Shown: positions 8,486-18,928, numbered from the stretch's first letter. The stretch: 64,000 nt of DNA from Candidatus Latescibacterota bacterium (GCA_965237525.1 CBDEFO010000006.1:192001-256000); one strand, 5' to 3'. The notes: generated from the sequence alone by a model not told the origin. Numbers and translations are program-made.

Positions 8486-11254
8486 CTACATTTTACTTTT
8501 TAGCACCGCCTGCGCCGCTGCAAGGCGAGCAATCGGCACTCGATACGGCGAACAGCTTACGTAGTCCAGGCCGATGGCATGACAGAACTCCACAGAGCTC
8601 GGATCGCCGCCGTGCTCGCCGCAGATCCCAACCTTAAGGTCGGGACGAGTCGCTCTCCCCCTTTCTGTGCCCATCTGCACTAGCTGCCCCACACCCTCCC
8701 TGTCCAACTCCTGGAAGGGATCTGTCTTCATTATGTCTAAGGCTATGTAATCGGGCAAAAACTTCCCGGCGTCGTCTCTGGAAAGCCCCATTGTAGTCTG
8801 GGTCAGATCGTTAGTCCCAAACGAGAAGAAGTCTGCCTCCACCGCTATCTTATCGGCCGTCAGCGCCGCCCTCGGCAGCTCGATCATAGTCCCGACAAGA
8901 TAGTGTATCTCCACGCCGGAGGATGACATAACGCTTTGAGCAGTCTCCTCCACTATCCTCCTTTGCAGCGCCAGCTCGTTCACGTCCCCCACAAGGGGGA
9001 TCATCACCTCAGGATGAACACTTTTACCTTCAGACACCACCTGACACGCCGCCTCAAATATCGCCCTTGCCTGCATCGCCGTTATCTCAGGATAAATAAT
9101 ACCCAGGCGGCATCCTCTGTGCCCTAACATTGGATTTAGCTCCTTAAGCTCGTCTATCCGAAGATGAAGTTTTTCCACAGGGACCTTCATCTTCTCAGCT
9201 AAGTTCTCAATTTCCTGGGGACCATGTGGCAGGAACTCGTGTAGAGGGGGATCCAGAGTCCTTATGGTCACCGGGAGTCCGTCCATGAGCCTGAATATCT
9301 CAACAAAGTCCTGTCTTTGCATCGGCAGGAGCTTTTCGAGGGCTTGCTCCCTGTCCTTTTTGTTGTCAGCGAGGATCATCTCCCTCATAGCGTCGATCCT
9401 GTTACCTTCGAAAAACATATGCTCCGTCCGACAGAGTCCGATGCCCTGTGCTCCGAAACCCAGGGCTGTCCTCACCTGATCCGCTTCGTCAGCGTTAGTC
9501 CACACCTCCAATCTCCTCACCTCGTCCGCCCAGGACATCAAGGCAGCAAAGTCCTGATATGCCTCTGACTCCTCAGGCTCCATAGTCCTGTCCACCAAAA
9601 CCTGCAGGACCTCCGAAGGGACAGTCTTGATATGGCCGGAGAACACCTCGCCTGTGGCGCCGTCTATGGAGATGTAAGCCCCTTCGTCTATCGCTGAGCT
9701 GCTCCCGGAAGTGCCATCCCCTCTTACGGTTATCTTCCCTGCTCCGTAGTCTATCTGGAGAGCCTCGCACCCCACTACACATACCTTTCCCATCTGACGG
9801 GCCACCACTGCAGCGTGTGAGGTCATCCCTCCTCTTGAGGTAAGTATCCCCACCGCTGCGTTCATTCCCCTTATGTCCTCGGGGGACGTCTCGATACGGA
9901 CCAGGATTAAGTCCTCCCCCTTTCTTGCCATCTCCTCTGCCCTATCCGCTCTCAAGACCACTATCCCCGATGCCGCCCCCGGGCCTGCCTTGAGTCCTCT
10001 TGCAAGGAACCTACCTTCGGATATGGCTTTTTCCTTCTCCTCTGGATCGAATATGGGCCTTAGAAGCTGGTTCAACTGGTCTGCCTCGACCCTCTTTAGG
10101 GCCTCCTCCTTATCTATTATTCCCTTCTTTGCCAGATCCACGGCTATCCTGCAGGCTGCAAACCCCGTCCTCTTGCCTGCCCTCGTCTGGAGCATCCATA
10201 GCTGCTTCCTCTCTATGGTGAACTCGAAGTCCTGCATATCCTTGTAGTGGCTGTCCAGCTTCTGGCTAATATCTTCGAGTTGCCCGTAAATCTCCGGCAT
10301 ATCCTCCTCCAAAGAGGGAAGGTCGCTTTCTGCTTTTTGAGCGCGCTTGATAGGCTGTGGAGTCCTTATACCCGCCACCACATCCTCACCCTGAGCGTTC
10401 ATCACGTATTCACCGTAGAGCACGTTGTCACCTGTGGCGGGGTTACGCGTAAACGCCACGCCCGTTCCGCTGTCACCTCCCATATTCCCGAAGACCATAC
10501 CCTGCGCGCTCACAGCTGTCCCCCAATCGTCGGGGATCCTGTTGAGTTCTCTGTAAGCTATTGCCCTTTGGTTGTTCCACGATCCGAAGACCGCTCCGAT
10601 GGCTCCCCACAACTGCTTCATGGGGTCAGAGGGGAACTCCACATTCAGCCGCCTTCTGATCTCATCCTTAAATCGAACTACCAGATTCTTGAGGTCACAG
10701 GCGTCTAAATCCAAATCTGATTTTACGCCCTTTTTCCTCTTTTCCTCCTCTATTATCAGCTCAAAAGGATCGCGTTCGTCATCCTCACTCTCCTTTAACC
10801 CCAGCACCACATCGCCGTACATCTGCACAAGTCTCCGATAGCAATCCCAGGCAAACCTTTCATTTTCCGACCTTTTGGCCAATCCCTCCACGGTCTCGTC
10901 GTTCAGACCCAAATTCAGCACCGTATCCATCATCCCCGGCATAGACGCCCTCGCCCCCGACCTTGCCGACATCAGGAGAGGATCTTCCTTATCCCCGAAT
11001 CTGGAGCCCATAACCTCCTCCATCCTCCCTATCGCCCATTCTACGTCCTCTTTCAGGCCCTCTGGATATGTGCCGTTCACCTGATAGATACTGCATACCT
11101 CTGTGGATATAGTAAATCCGGCCGGTACTGGTATGCCCAAGTTGGTCATCTCCGCCAAACTAGCACCCTTGCCCCCTAAAATATCCTTCATCACACCAGT
11201 TTCTTCGGCAGCGCCACTGCCGAAGGAATATACATATTTTGCAGACACTGCCAT
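8486..11254 (-). CDS. ppdK: Pyruvate, phosphate dikinase
   Basis: LGGKGASLAEM, SMPGMMDTVLNLG, GGMTSHAAVVAR (phospho-His) and SFGTNDLTQ motifs. Confidence 0.97.
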   Translation of the reverse strand: MAVSAKYVYSFGSGAAEETGVMKDILGGKGASLAEMTNLGIPVPAGFTISTEVCSIYQVNGTYPEGLKEDVEWAIGRMEEVMGSRFGDKEDPLLMSARSGARASMPGMMDTVLNLGLNDETVEGLAKRSENERFAWDCYRRLVQMYGDVVLGLKESEDDERDPFELIIEEEKRKKGVKSDLDLDACDLKNLVVRFKDEIRRRLNVEFPSDPMKQLWGAIGAVFGSWNNQRAIAYRELNRIPDDWGTAVSAQGMVFGNMGGDSGTGVAFTRNPATGDNVLYGEYVMNAQGEDVVAGIRTPQPIKRAQKAESDLPSLEEDMPEIYGQLEDISQKLDSHYKDMQDFEFTIERKQLWMLQTRAGKRTGFAACRIAVDLAKKGIIDKEEALKRVEADQLNQLLRPIFDPEEKEKAISEGRFLARGLKAGPGAASGIVVLRADRAEEMARKGEDLILVRIETSPEDIRGMNAAVGILTSRGGMTSHAAVVARQMGKVCVVGCEALQIDYGAGKITVRGDGTSGSSSAIDEGAYISIDGATGEVFSGHIKTVPSEVLQVLVDRTMEPEESEAYQDFAALMSWADEVRRLEVWTNADEADQVRTALGFGAQGIGLCRTEHMFFEGNRIDAMREMILADNKKDREQALEKLLPMQRQDFVEIFRLMDGLPVTIRTLDPPLHEFLPHGPQEIENLAEKMKVPVEKLHLRIDELKELNPMLGHRGCRLGIIYPEITAMQARAIFEAACQVVSEGKSVHPEVMIPLVGDVNELALQRRIVEETAQSVMSSSGVEIHYLVGTMIELPRAALTADKIAVEADFFSFGTNDLTQTTMGLSRDDAGKFLPDYIALDIMKTDPFQELDREGVGQLVQMGTERGRATRPDLKVGICGEHGGDPSSVEFCHAIGLDYVSCSPYRVPIARLAAAQAVLKSKM

Positions 11255-11274
11255 GACTCCTTTTTTGAACCTAT

Positions 11275-11667
11275 CTACTCTTTTTCAGAATGCAAACATA
11301 AACAGAGCTTCAATTTCCAGCCGAACGCTTTTCTATCTCCGCGTTCCACCGCTTCTGCCTCCCTCTGGCACGATTCTATTTCACGCAGGACACTAGATAC
11401 GTCGATTCCCAGATAGAAAGGCGGACACTTTTCGAGCTTATCCTTGGACTTTCTAATGAGGGTTTTGACCCCGTGCATATTCTCCTTTTCGAGATGGTGA
11501 AAGGCCGCCGCAAGCTGTATGATACCGTGGTAGAATAGCTTCCGGATGGGATCCTCCTCCGCTCTCCAGGCATCCTCAAGGGCTTCGTGAGCGTCCCAGT
11601 GTCTACCTTGTCGATAAAGATCCAGAGCCTTGAGATACGAGGCATCGTACTTTTGATTGTTCATCAT
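11275..11667 (-). CDS. DUF309 domain protein
   Basis: HWDAHEALEDAW...GIIQLAAAFHH pattern. Confidence 0.8.
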   Translation of the reverse strand: MMNNQKYDASYLKALDLYRQGRHWDAHEALEDAWRAEEDPIRKLFYHGIIQLAAAFHHLEKENMHGVKTLIRKSKDKLEKCPPFYLGIDVSSVLREIESCQREAEAVERGDRKAFGWKLKLCLCLHSEKE

Positions 11668-11960
11668 CGTTCAAAGATTCAGGCAGAGTATCCAAGAGAA
11701 TAGAAGGTGCACAGGGAGTGGAGGAGGACCGGCTCTACTTACTACTGTCTACTATTCTAACTTGCTCCTGAAGAACGGCATGCATATCCAGATAGGGCGT
11801 CTTTATCTTTGTGCGTCCATTAAACTTTGAGTTCATCGCCGCAGCCAATATCCCTGCGGTGAAAAGCGTCCTCTGTGCCGTATCTTGTGGCCTGCTGGTG
11901 TTGAACATCTCCCGGACATTCAGCCCTGAATAGCTGATCGGTCATGCTTTCCCTCAGAGC

Positions 11961-13670
11961 TTATCCTCTACTAAGCAGTTCCTCGGCGTATCTTTTCGTC
12001 ACGTCCGAAATATCCTCTCCAGCTATAAGCTTCGCGAGTTCTTCTTTCCTCTGGTCTTCATCTAAGGTCACTACTGATGTTATACTCCTTCGGCCTTTGA
12101 CCTCTTTGATCACACAAAGGTGCTCCTCCGCATGGCTGGCTATCTGAGGCAGATGGGTGATGGAGATTACCTGATGCGACGCCGACAGCTGTCTGAGCTT
12201 TTTCCCCACTGCGTCCGCTATCCTGCCGGATATTCCTATATCTATCTCGTCGAACACCAGAAGTGGAACAGAGTCCACGTCCGCTAATATTGATTTTAAG
12301 GCGAGCATGATCCTTGAGACTTCTCCGCCTGAGGCGATCCTTTTGAGGGGCTTTTCGCCCTCGCCCGGATTGGTCGAGATGTAGAACTCCGTCCTCTCGG
12401 CACCTTTGGGACCCGCCTCGAATCTCCTTCCATCTATAACCGCTCCGCCCTCTCCCACTTCCGTACGCATCAGATCGACCCTGAACTTTGCCCTTTCCAT
12501 CCCCAGATCGCCTAAAGCATCGTTCACCTTCAAAGAGAGCTTCCGCCCCGATAAATCTCGCTTTCTTGATAGCTCGGCGCATAGCTTGGAGAATTTCTCC
12601 TCTATCTTTACAAAGAGACTCCGGGCTTCTCCTATCTGCTCATCTATAGCATCCGAAAGGCCTAATTCCCTCTCCAAAGTCTCCATGTACTTTATCACAT
12701 TGTCCAGAGTTTGGCCGTATTTCCTCTTCAATCTCTCCAGTAGAACGAGCCTTTCCCCCACCTCTTCCAATCTGCCAGGATCGCTTTGAATCTTTTGTAC
12801 GTAATCTCTGAAAAAGTCAGCGAGGTCCTCGACACGGTATATCAGCTCTTGAAACTGCGACAGCTTTGAAGAGAGCTCATTATCTATCCTGGCGGCATCC
12901 GACATCTGCCTTTCTCCCCTCCCCAAGCGATCTACGACCGAGTCTTCCCGTTCGTATAACATATCTAAAAGCCCCGAGCCCGTCTCAGAAAGAAACTGGG
13001 AGTTCTCAAGCACCGACCTTCCTCTTTCCAGATCGTCGTCCTCTCCTATTTTTGGGTCTGCCTCCAGAATCTCGTTCAGCTGAAACGCCTGAAGTTCCCT
13101 TTTTTCCTCTAAACGCTCCTTTTGCCACTCTAATTCGCTGATACTCTTTTTTGCGTCTCCCAGTTCCCTGTGGGCTTTCTCCACTTTCTGCACCAGACCT
13201 GTCAGTCTCCCGAAGCCGTCCAGAAACTCCACATGTTCATCTACCTTCAAAAGGGACTGGTGATCGTGCTGACCGTGAAGGTCTACCAGAAGGTCGCCGA
13301 TCTGTCTTAGGGTCCTGCTCGTGATAGAGGAGCCATTTGCAAAGCACCTGCTCTTTCCATCAGAGGACACCTCACGTCTTAGGATAAACAGATAGCTATC
13401 CTCGTCGGAGGCTGAAACGCCTATATCGTCCAACTTCTGAAGGATCGGATGCCCTTCACTAAGTTCAAATGTACCTTCGACCATACATCTTTCTGCGCCC
13501 TTTCTCACCGAGTCGGTGTCAGCGCGTTCGCCCAATATCAGTCCTAAAGCCCCGATCAGCATAGACTTTCCCGCGCCCGTCTCCCCCGTGATGATGTTCA
13601 ACCCTGGGGAGAGCTCCACATCTGCACCCTCAATTAGAGCCAGGTCCTTTATGTACAACCGACGAAGCAA
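11961..13670 (-). CDS. recN: DNA repair protein RecN
   Basis: ITGETGAGKS Walker A, HGQHDHQ, ASGGEVSRIML, FDEIDIG; TTG start after GGAGGTG RBS. Confidence 0.96.
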   Translation of the reverse strand: MLRRLYIKDLALIEGADVELSPGLNIITGETGAGKSMLIGALGLILGERADTDSVRKGAERCMVEGTFELSEGHPILQKLDDIGVSASDEDSYLFILRREVSSDGKSRCFANGSSITSRTLRQIGDLLVDLHGQHDHQSLLKVDEHVEFLDGFGRLTGLVQKVEKAHRELGDAKKSISELEWQKERLEEKRELQAFQLNEILEADPKIGEDDDLERGRSVLENSQFLSETGSGLLDMLYEREDSVVDRLGRGERQMSDAARIDNELSSKLSQFQELIYRVEDLADFFRDYVQKIQSDPGRLEEVGERLVLLERLKRKYGQTLDNVIKYMETLERELGLSDAIDEQIGEARSLFVKIEEKFSKLCAELSRKRDLSGRKLSLKVNDALGDLGMERAKFRVDLMRTEVGEGGAVIDGRRFEAGPKGAERTEFYISTNPGEGEKPLKRIASGGEVSRIMLALKSILADVDSVPLLVFDEIDIGISGRIADAVGKKLRQLSASHQVISITHLPQIASHAEEHLCVIKEVKGRRSITSVVTLDEDQRKEELAKLIAGEDISDVTKRYAEELLSRG

Positions 13671-13823
13671 GTCAATCACCTCCGGATATATATACATCAC
13701 GTTGTGAACTGGTACTTGGCCTGGTATACTGTCAGGATCACCTAGTTTTATTTTTGTAGGTAAGCGAGTTCCGTTCGAACACTTTGTAGGGGCTGGGTAA
13801 CCCAGCCCCTACATCATCTATTG

Positions 13824-13868
13824 CCAGTCCCCGATCCCCAATAGTATCAATTGGGGATCGGGGACTGG
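13824..13868. repeat. 19-bp-stem hairpin built from nested copies of the 21-bp palindromic element
   Basis: CCAGTCCCCGAT-[CCCCAATAGTATCAATTGGGG]-ATCGGGGACTGG. Confidence 0.85.
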
Positions 13869-13937
13869 ATTTTAGTACCATTTCTTGATATGGTATCTAC
13901 CGCATATGGGGCAGGGAGGAGGGTGGTCCCTGTCTAC

Positions 13938-13958
13938 CCACGATTGAATCTATCGGGG
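13938..13958. repeat. 21-bp palindromic element supplying the nadK stop codon
   Basis: CCACGATTGAATCTATCGGGG overlaps the TAG at 13950-13952. Confidence 0.85.
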
Positions 13959-14864
13959 GCTACTGTCTACTGTATAGCCTATTCCCCATCCCAATTTCTC
14001 TCGCAGAAGAGAGTAGAACGATAGGCCGCTCAAGTTCATCAAATTGATCGAAAAGGGAGCCTTACTTACAACCACTCTGCTGTCAGGTTCCAGATCTCCT
14101 GCCGTGCGGCTGTCAACAGTAAGCATCACATCATCGCCCTTCTGTGCCTTAAGCCGGACAGTGATCACCTCATCTTCTGGAACTACCATGCTCCTCAGGG
14201 ACAGAGAATGAGGACATATCGGAGAGGCTATGATGGCCTCCATCCCGGGGTGCACTATAGGTCCGCCCGCAGACAGCGAATAAGCCGTGGATCCTGTTGG
14301 ACTCGATACCACCACTCCATTTCCCATGTAAGACGCCACCATCTCGTCGTTTATGTACATTTCGATCTCCAGGATCCTGGCGCATGATCCTTTCTCCACC
14401 ACCACGTCGTTGAGGGCAAAGAACCTTTTGTCCTCGCCCTCAAGCCCGGCCGAGAGCACCATCCTCCTGTCCACTGTAAACTTGCCTGCTTTAAGCTCTC
14501 TTACGCCCTCCTCCAGATTCTTGGGAGATACATCGGCCAGAAATCCCAATCTCCCTAAATTGACTCCCAATATCGGCACACCTGAATCTCCGACAGCCTC
14601 AGCTGCCTTCAAGATAGTTCCATCTCCCCCGAACGACACCACCACATCGACACTTTCGGCCAGATCGTCCTTGGGCAGTAACCTGCCCTCTACAGCGGAC
14701 GCTTTGAACCGATCCACAGTTTCTTTCAGGTCGTCAACTGCATAAAGTTCAAGGCCTTCCTGTTCCGCTATCCTTATAAATTCCCTTATGACACTTTCCA
14801 CCCTGGGGCGGACACTTTCCCTCAGATCAGATGGGATGCCGAATATGCCTATCTCCCTAATCAT
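13950..14864 (-). CDS. nadK: NAD(+) kinase
   Basis: GGDGTIL, GVNLGRLGFL, LNDVVV and SPTGSTAYSLSAGGP motifs. Confidence 0.95.
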   Translation of the reverse strand: MIREIGIFGIPSDLRESVRPRVESVIREFIRIAEQEGLELYAVDDLKETVDRFKASAVEGRLLPKDDLAESVDVVVSFGGDGTILKAAEAVGDSGVPILGVNLGRLGFLADVSPKNLEEGVRELKAGKFTVDRRMVLSAGLEGEDKRFFALNDVVVEKGSCARILEIEMYINDEMVASYMGNGVVVSSPTGSTAYSLSAGGPIVHPGMEAIIASPICPHSLSLRSMVVPEDEVITVRLKAQKGDDVMLTVDSRTAGDLEPDSRVVVSKAPFSINLMNLSGLSFYSLLREKLGWGIGYTVDSSPR

Positions 14865-15096
14865 CGAGTGCCTCTAATTTGAAGGCGCCATCTTCGTCCT
14901 TTGTTAACTTCTGAATCCTCTTTTTCACCTCGTCAAGGATCGCTGCACATTCCTTTGAGACCCTGACTCCCTCCTCGAACATCTCCAGGGAATCTTCCAG
15001 GGAAATATCTTCGCTTGAAGTGATTTCTCCGCCCTCTAACTTCTCTACTATCTGTTCTAATCGTCGTAGCTTATCCTCAAACTTTTCTTCAGGCAT
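14857..15096 (-). CDS. xseB: Exodeoxyribonuclease VII small subunit
   Basis: FEDKLRRLEQIVEKLE...SLEDSLEMFEEGV; follows xseA. Confidence 0.92.
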   Translation of the reverse strand: MPEEKFEDKLRRLEQIVEKLEGGEITSSEDISLEDSLEMFEEGVRVSKECAAILDEVKKRIQKLTKDEDGAFKLEALDD

Positions 15097-16324
15097 AGTT
15101 GTCACGGTCCTCCACATCCTGCACGGAGCAGATTGCGCTGCCCCTTTGGAATCTTATCTTGACCCTATCTTCGACCGAAAGGGTTGAACTGTCCCTTATT
15201 ATGACCCCTTCTGGAACTTTTTGGCAGACAGAAAATCCCCTGCTCAAAGCCGAAAGTGGACTTAAAGCGTCTAACTTCCCCGCCATCTGTCTGTAGGAAA
15301 ACTCCCAGGAACTTATGATATTGTCGAGATAAAGTCTCATCTTGTCGGTAAGTTCATCCACGTTTTGAGCCTTTCTGCCCATCTCTTCCGGGAATCGCCG
15401 CAGGGCGTAGCTTGCAGTTAGTCTCTTCAGGGCGGCGTCTCTGTCCTCGATTCTCCCCTGGATGGTCTTTGATGCCCTCCATAGGAGTCCCTGTATTTCC
15501 CTCTTTATGTCGTTTCTATCCATAACGGCCATCTGGGCGGCGGCAGAGGGCGTCGAAGCCCTTACGTCCGCCACAAGGTCGGCTACGGTAATATCCACTT
15601 CGTGTCCAACAGCCGAGATCACCGGAATTTTCGAGGCGTATATAGCCCTTGCCACCACCTCTTCGTTGAACGCCCACAGGTCTTCGGCGCTCCCGCCCCC
15701 CCTGCCTACGATTAAGACTGAGACGTCACCGTACTCGTTCAGATCCGCTATACCCCTTGCTATCTCATCTGCGGCTCCATCTCCCTGGACTCTTACAGGC
15801 GCCAGAACTATGCGGACGCCTGGGGATCTCTTGGCTATTACGTTTTCAATATCCCGTATTGCAGCACCCACAGGAGATGTAACAACCCCTACCGTCTCAG
15901 GGAACGGCGGAATCGGCCTTTTCCTCGACTCGTCGAAGAGCCCCTCGGACGATAATTTTTCCTTCAGCCTTTCAAACGCCGATTGGAGCTCGCCCGGTCC
16001 AAAAGGGAGCATCTTTGAAGCGTAGAACTGATACTGTCCACCCTTCTCGTAGACCGAAACCTTCCCATATGCCAGCACCTTCATCCCCACATCGGGAGCA
16101 AACGCAATATCTCGGCCCTCCTCTCTCCACATCACACACCTTATCTGGCTCTTTTCATCTTTTAGAGTGAAGTACCTGTGGCCGGACGGATGGCGAGTAA
16201 AATTCGACACCTCGCCCTCTATCCATACGGGTGGGAGACCCTCCTCAATCAACAGCTTCAGGGCCATCGTCACCTCAGATACGCTGTAAGGACGTTCGCC
16301 TGTAGTATCATTCGACCAGTTCAA
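15089..16324 (-). CDS. xseA: Exodeoxyribonuclease VII large subunit
   Basis: GEVSNF..SGHRYFTLKD, GRGGGSAEDLWAFN, SAVGHEVD and TPSAAA motifs. Confidence 0.96.
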   Translation of the reverse strand: MNWSNDTTGERPYSVSEVTMALKLLIEEGLPPVWIEGEVSNFTRHPSGHRYFTLKDEKSQIRCVMWREEGRDIAFAPDVGMKVLAYGKVSVYEKGGQYQFYASKMLPFGPGELQSAFERLKEKLSSEGLFDESRKRPIPPFPETVGVVTSPVGAAIRDIENVIAKRSPGVRIVLAPVRVQGDGAADEIARGIADLNEYGDVSVLIVGRGGGSAEDLWAFNEEVVARAIYASKIPVISAVGHEVDITVADLVADVRASTPSAAAQMAVMDRNDIKREIQGLLWRASKTIQGRIEDRDAALKRLTASYALRRFPEEMGRKAQNVDELTDKMRLYLDNIISSWEFSYRQMAGKLDALSPLSALSRGFSVCQKVPEGVIIRDSSTLSVEDRVKIRFQRGSAICSVQDVEDRDNYA

Positions 16325-17099
16325 GATCCAGCCTTATCCTTTCGATGCTCTCAGCTTTGCCCGTGCTTTCGTCTATGTCCAAAAGCACAGCGCAAAACTT
16401 AATGTCCGCCTCTGCGGGTTCGAACCTTTCCGGCAGACCGGTCAGGAATCTCCTTATTGCTATATCCTTCTGCGCTCCGATCACAGAGTCGTGGGGACCG
16501 GTCATACCCACGTCTGTTATATAAGCTGTCCCGCCGGGGAGTACCCTCTCATCGGCGGTCTGGACGTGCGTGTGAGTGCCGACCACAGCGCTGGCATGGC
16601 CGTCTGTGTACCATCCAAAGGCGATCTTTTCGGATGTAGCCTCTCCGTGAAAGTCGACTATTATTACCAGAGCTGATTCCTTTAACTGTTCGATCTTTTG
16701 TCTTCCGAGTCGAAATGGACAATCGATGTGCGTCATAAATGTCCTGCCTTGGAGGTTGAGCACCCCTACCGGGATTCCACCTGCAGATTCGAATACTCCA
16801 TAGCCCACACCTCCTGCCTCAGGCGGATAGTTAGCGGGGCGCAGGAGACAGACAGCGTTTTGTATGTATTCTTGGGACTCCTTCCTGTGCCAGACGTGAT
16901 TTCCGCTCGTGATCACGTCAACGCCGTACGAATAGAGTTTTCTTGCGATATTCTCCGTAATCCCGAATCCGCCCGCTGTGTTCTCTCCGTTGGCTATGCA
17001 AAAGTCGATCTCCTTATTCTCCCTAATCTTCGGGAGGAGCTCCGACACCGCCCTTCTCCCTGGCCTTGCGTAAATATCCCCAATGAAAAGTATCCTCAA
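16308..17099 (-). CDS. ymdB: YmdB / TIGR00282 metallophosphoesterase
   Basis: ILFIGDI, NGEN, TSGNH, DFHGEATSEK and GTHTHVQTAD; TTG start at 17099 after GGAG; lies downstream of rny as is usual. Confidence 0.92.
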   Translation of the reverse strand: MRILFIGDIYARPGRRAVSELLPKIRENKEIDFCIANGENTAGGFGITENIARKLYSYGVDVITSGNHVWHRKESQEYIQNAVCLLRPANYPPEAGGVGYGVFESAGGIPVGVLNLQGRTFMTHIDCPFRLGRQKIEQLKESALVIIVDFHGEATSEKIAFGWYTDGHASAVVGTHTHVQTADERVLPGGTAYITDVGMTGPHDSVIGAQKDIAIRRFLTGLPERFEPAEADIKFCAVLLDIDESTGKAESIERIRLDLELVE

Positions 17100-17179
17100 A
17101 AGAATGCTCCAAAAAAATAGACAGTAGCCCTGATAGATCCAATCCGAGGTAGACAGGGGCACCATCTGCCCTCCCTTGT

Positions 17180-17200
17180 CCCCGATTGACTCTATCGGGG
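17180..17200. repeat. 21-bp palindromic element
   Basis: CCCCGATTGACTCTATCGGGG. Confidence 0.9.
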
Positions 17201-17327
17201 GGCGGGGGGAAGCAATCTCGTAGACAGTAGTTGGGGAGAGGTGGGGCCGTCCTGTATGCTGTTTACTGCTTTTGCCTGCCTTCACTCATCTAATTTGCGA
17301 GCATAATCCACAGCTTAGCGCGCATAA

Positions 17328-18899
17328 TTAGCGGGCATAATCCACAGCCCTGATTTCTCTTATGACTGTAACTTTGATCTGATCTGGATACTCCAGCTGC
17401 GATTCTATCTTATCGGCTATATCAGAGGCTAACTGATCCGCCTGGGCATCATCTAAGAGTTTGCAGTCGGTTATTACCCTTACCTCTCGTCCCGCCTGTA
17501 TTGCATATGTCTTTTCCACGCCGTCAAACGATTCTGCTAACTCCTCCAAGTGATCCAGTCTCTTTACGTAGCCTTCCAGAGTATCTCTCCGTGCCCCCGG
17601 CCTTGCGCTGGAGATGTCATTCGCCGCATCGACTATCGCTGTGATCGGGGATATGATCGGGACACCTTCGTGATGCGCCTCTATTGCGTTGATTACGACC
17701 TCATGTTCCCTGTGCCTTTTTGCTAACTCTGAGCCTATTTCCACGTGTGTTCCCTCAACCTCGTGGTCTACTGCCTTCCCTATATCGTGCAGCAGCCCTG
17801 CCCTTTTGGCTAACTGTTGGTCCAAGCCTAACTCTGCGGCCATCATCCCGGCAAGTAACGCCACTTCCTTGCTGTGCTGAAGGACGTTCTGTCCGAAGCT
17901 TGTGCGATATTTAAGCTTTCCCAAGAGCACAATTAGCTTGTCGTGCAGTCCGTGCACTCCCACCTCGAAGGCCGTCTGTTCCCCGGCCTCCTTTATCTTG
18001 TCGTCTATCTCTGCCTCCACTTTTTCGACGACCTCTTCGATCCTCCCCGGATGAATCCTACCATCCAGGATCAATCTTTCCAGGGATATCCTAGCAATTT
18101 CTCTCCTTATGGGATCAAAGGACGAAAGGATAACAGCCTCAGGGGTGTCGTCCACTATGACATCTACTCCTGTGCGTATCTCAAAGACCCTGATGTTTCT
18201 GCCTTCCCTACCTATGATCCTCCCCTTCATCTCATCCGAGGGGAGAGAGACGATTGATACGGTGGATTCTACAGAATGATCTGCTGCACACCTTTGGATA
18301 GCCATCACCAGGATCTCCCTTGCCTCCCTTTCGGCGTTCGATATAGCTTCATCTTTGATTTCTTTGGCCCGGCGCGCTCCCTCCCGTTTGACCTTGTCCT
18401 CCAGATTAGCCATCAAGATCCTCTGTGCCTCATCCTGCGTCATACGGGATATCTTTTCGAGCCTTTGGTTTTGCTCTGAGATAATCTGTAGTAGCTGCTC
18501 ATCCTTGACCTTTATGCTCCTTTCTCTGGACGATAACTGTTGCTCTCTGATTTGAAGATTCTTCTCTTTGTTGTTCAATATATCCACCTTTTTGTCCATC
18601 TTCCTTTCCCGATCCACAAATTGCATCTCAAGTTTATGGAGTTCATTTCTCTTTTCTTCAGTATTTCTGTCAAAATCGAGTTTTGCCTTGTACCACTCAT
18701 CCTTTGCCTCCAGAAGGGCGGTCTTCTTGAGGGATTCCGCCTCTTCTCGGGCCTCTTCGATAATCTTTTCTGCCTGGGCATCTGCACTTGCGATCTTGCC
18801 CTGTCCTGCTCTGCTATTAGCCAGCCACCCCAAGCCGAAACAGGCTATAAGAACTATGACAAGACCCGCTGCCGGCATGATCAATTGAAGTATATCCAT
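17328..18899 (-). CDS. rny: Ribonuclease Y
   Basis: N-terminal TM helix, coiled coil, KH (KGRIIGREGRNIR) and HD (LLHDIGK) domains. Confidence 0.97.
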   Translation of the reverse strand: MDILQLIMPAAGLVIVLIACFGLGWLANSRAGQGKIASADAQAEKIIEEAREEAESLKKTALLEAKDEWYKAKLDFDRNTEEKRNELHKLEMQFVDRERKMDKKVDILNNKEKNLQIREQQLSSRERSIKVKDEQLLQIISEQNQRLEKISRMTQDEAQRILMANLEDKVKREGARRAKEIKDEAISNAEREAREILVMAIQRCAADHSVESTVSIVSLPSDEMKGRIIGREGRNIRVFEIRTGVDVIVDDTPEAVILSSFDPIRREIARISLERLILDGRIHPGRIEEVVEKVEAEIDDKIKEAGEQTAFEVGVHGLHDKLIVLLGKLKYRTSFGQNVLQHSKEVALLAGMMAAELGLDQQLAKRAGLLHDIGKAVDHEVEGTHVEIGSELAKRHREHEVVINAIEAHHEGVPIISPITAIVDAANDISSARPGARRDTLEGYVKRLDHLEELAESFDGVEKTYAIQAGREVRVITDCKLLDDAQADQLASDIADKIESQLEYPDQIKVTVIREIRAVDYAR

Positions 18900-18928
18900 C
18901 TTTATTTCCTTTCTGTCTATAAACAAAA

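Noticed and set aside
17100..17285. N-terminal extensions of ymdB (and likewise pheT, pheS and thrS) in the ORF track
   Set aside because: They translate intergenic or repeat DNA; family-typical N-termini start downstream.
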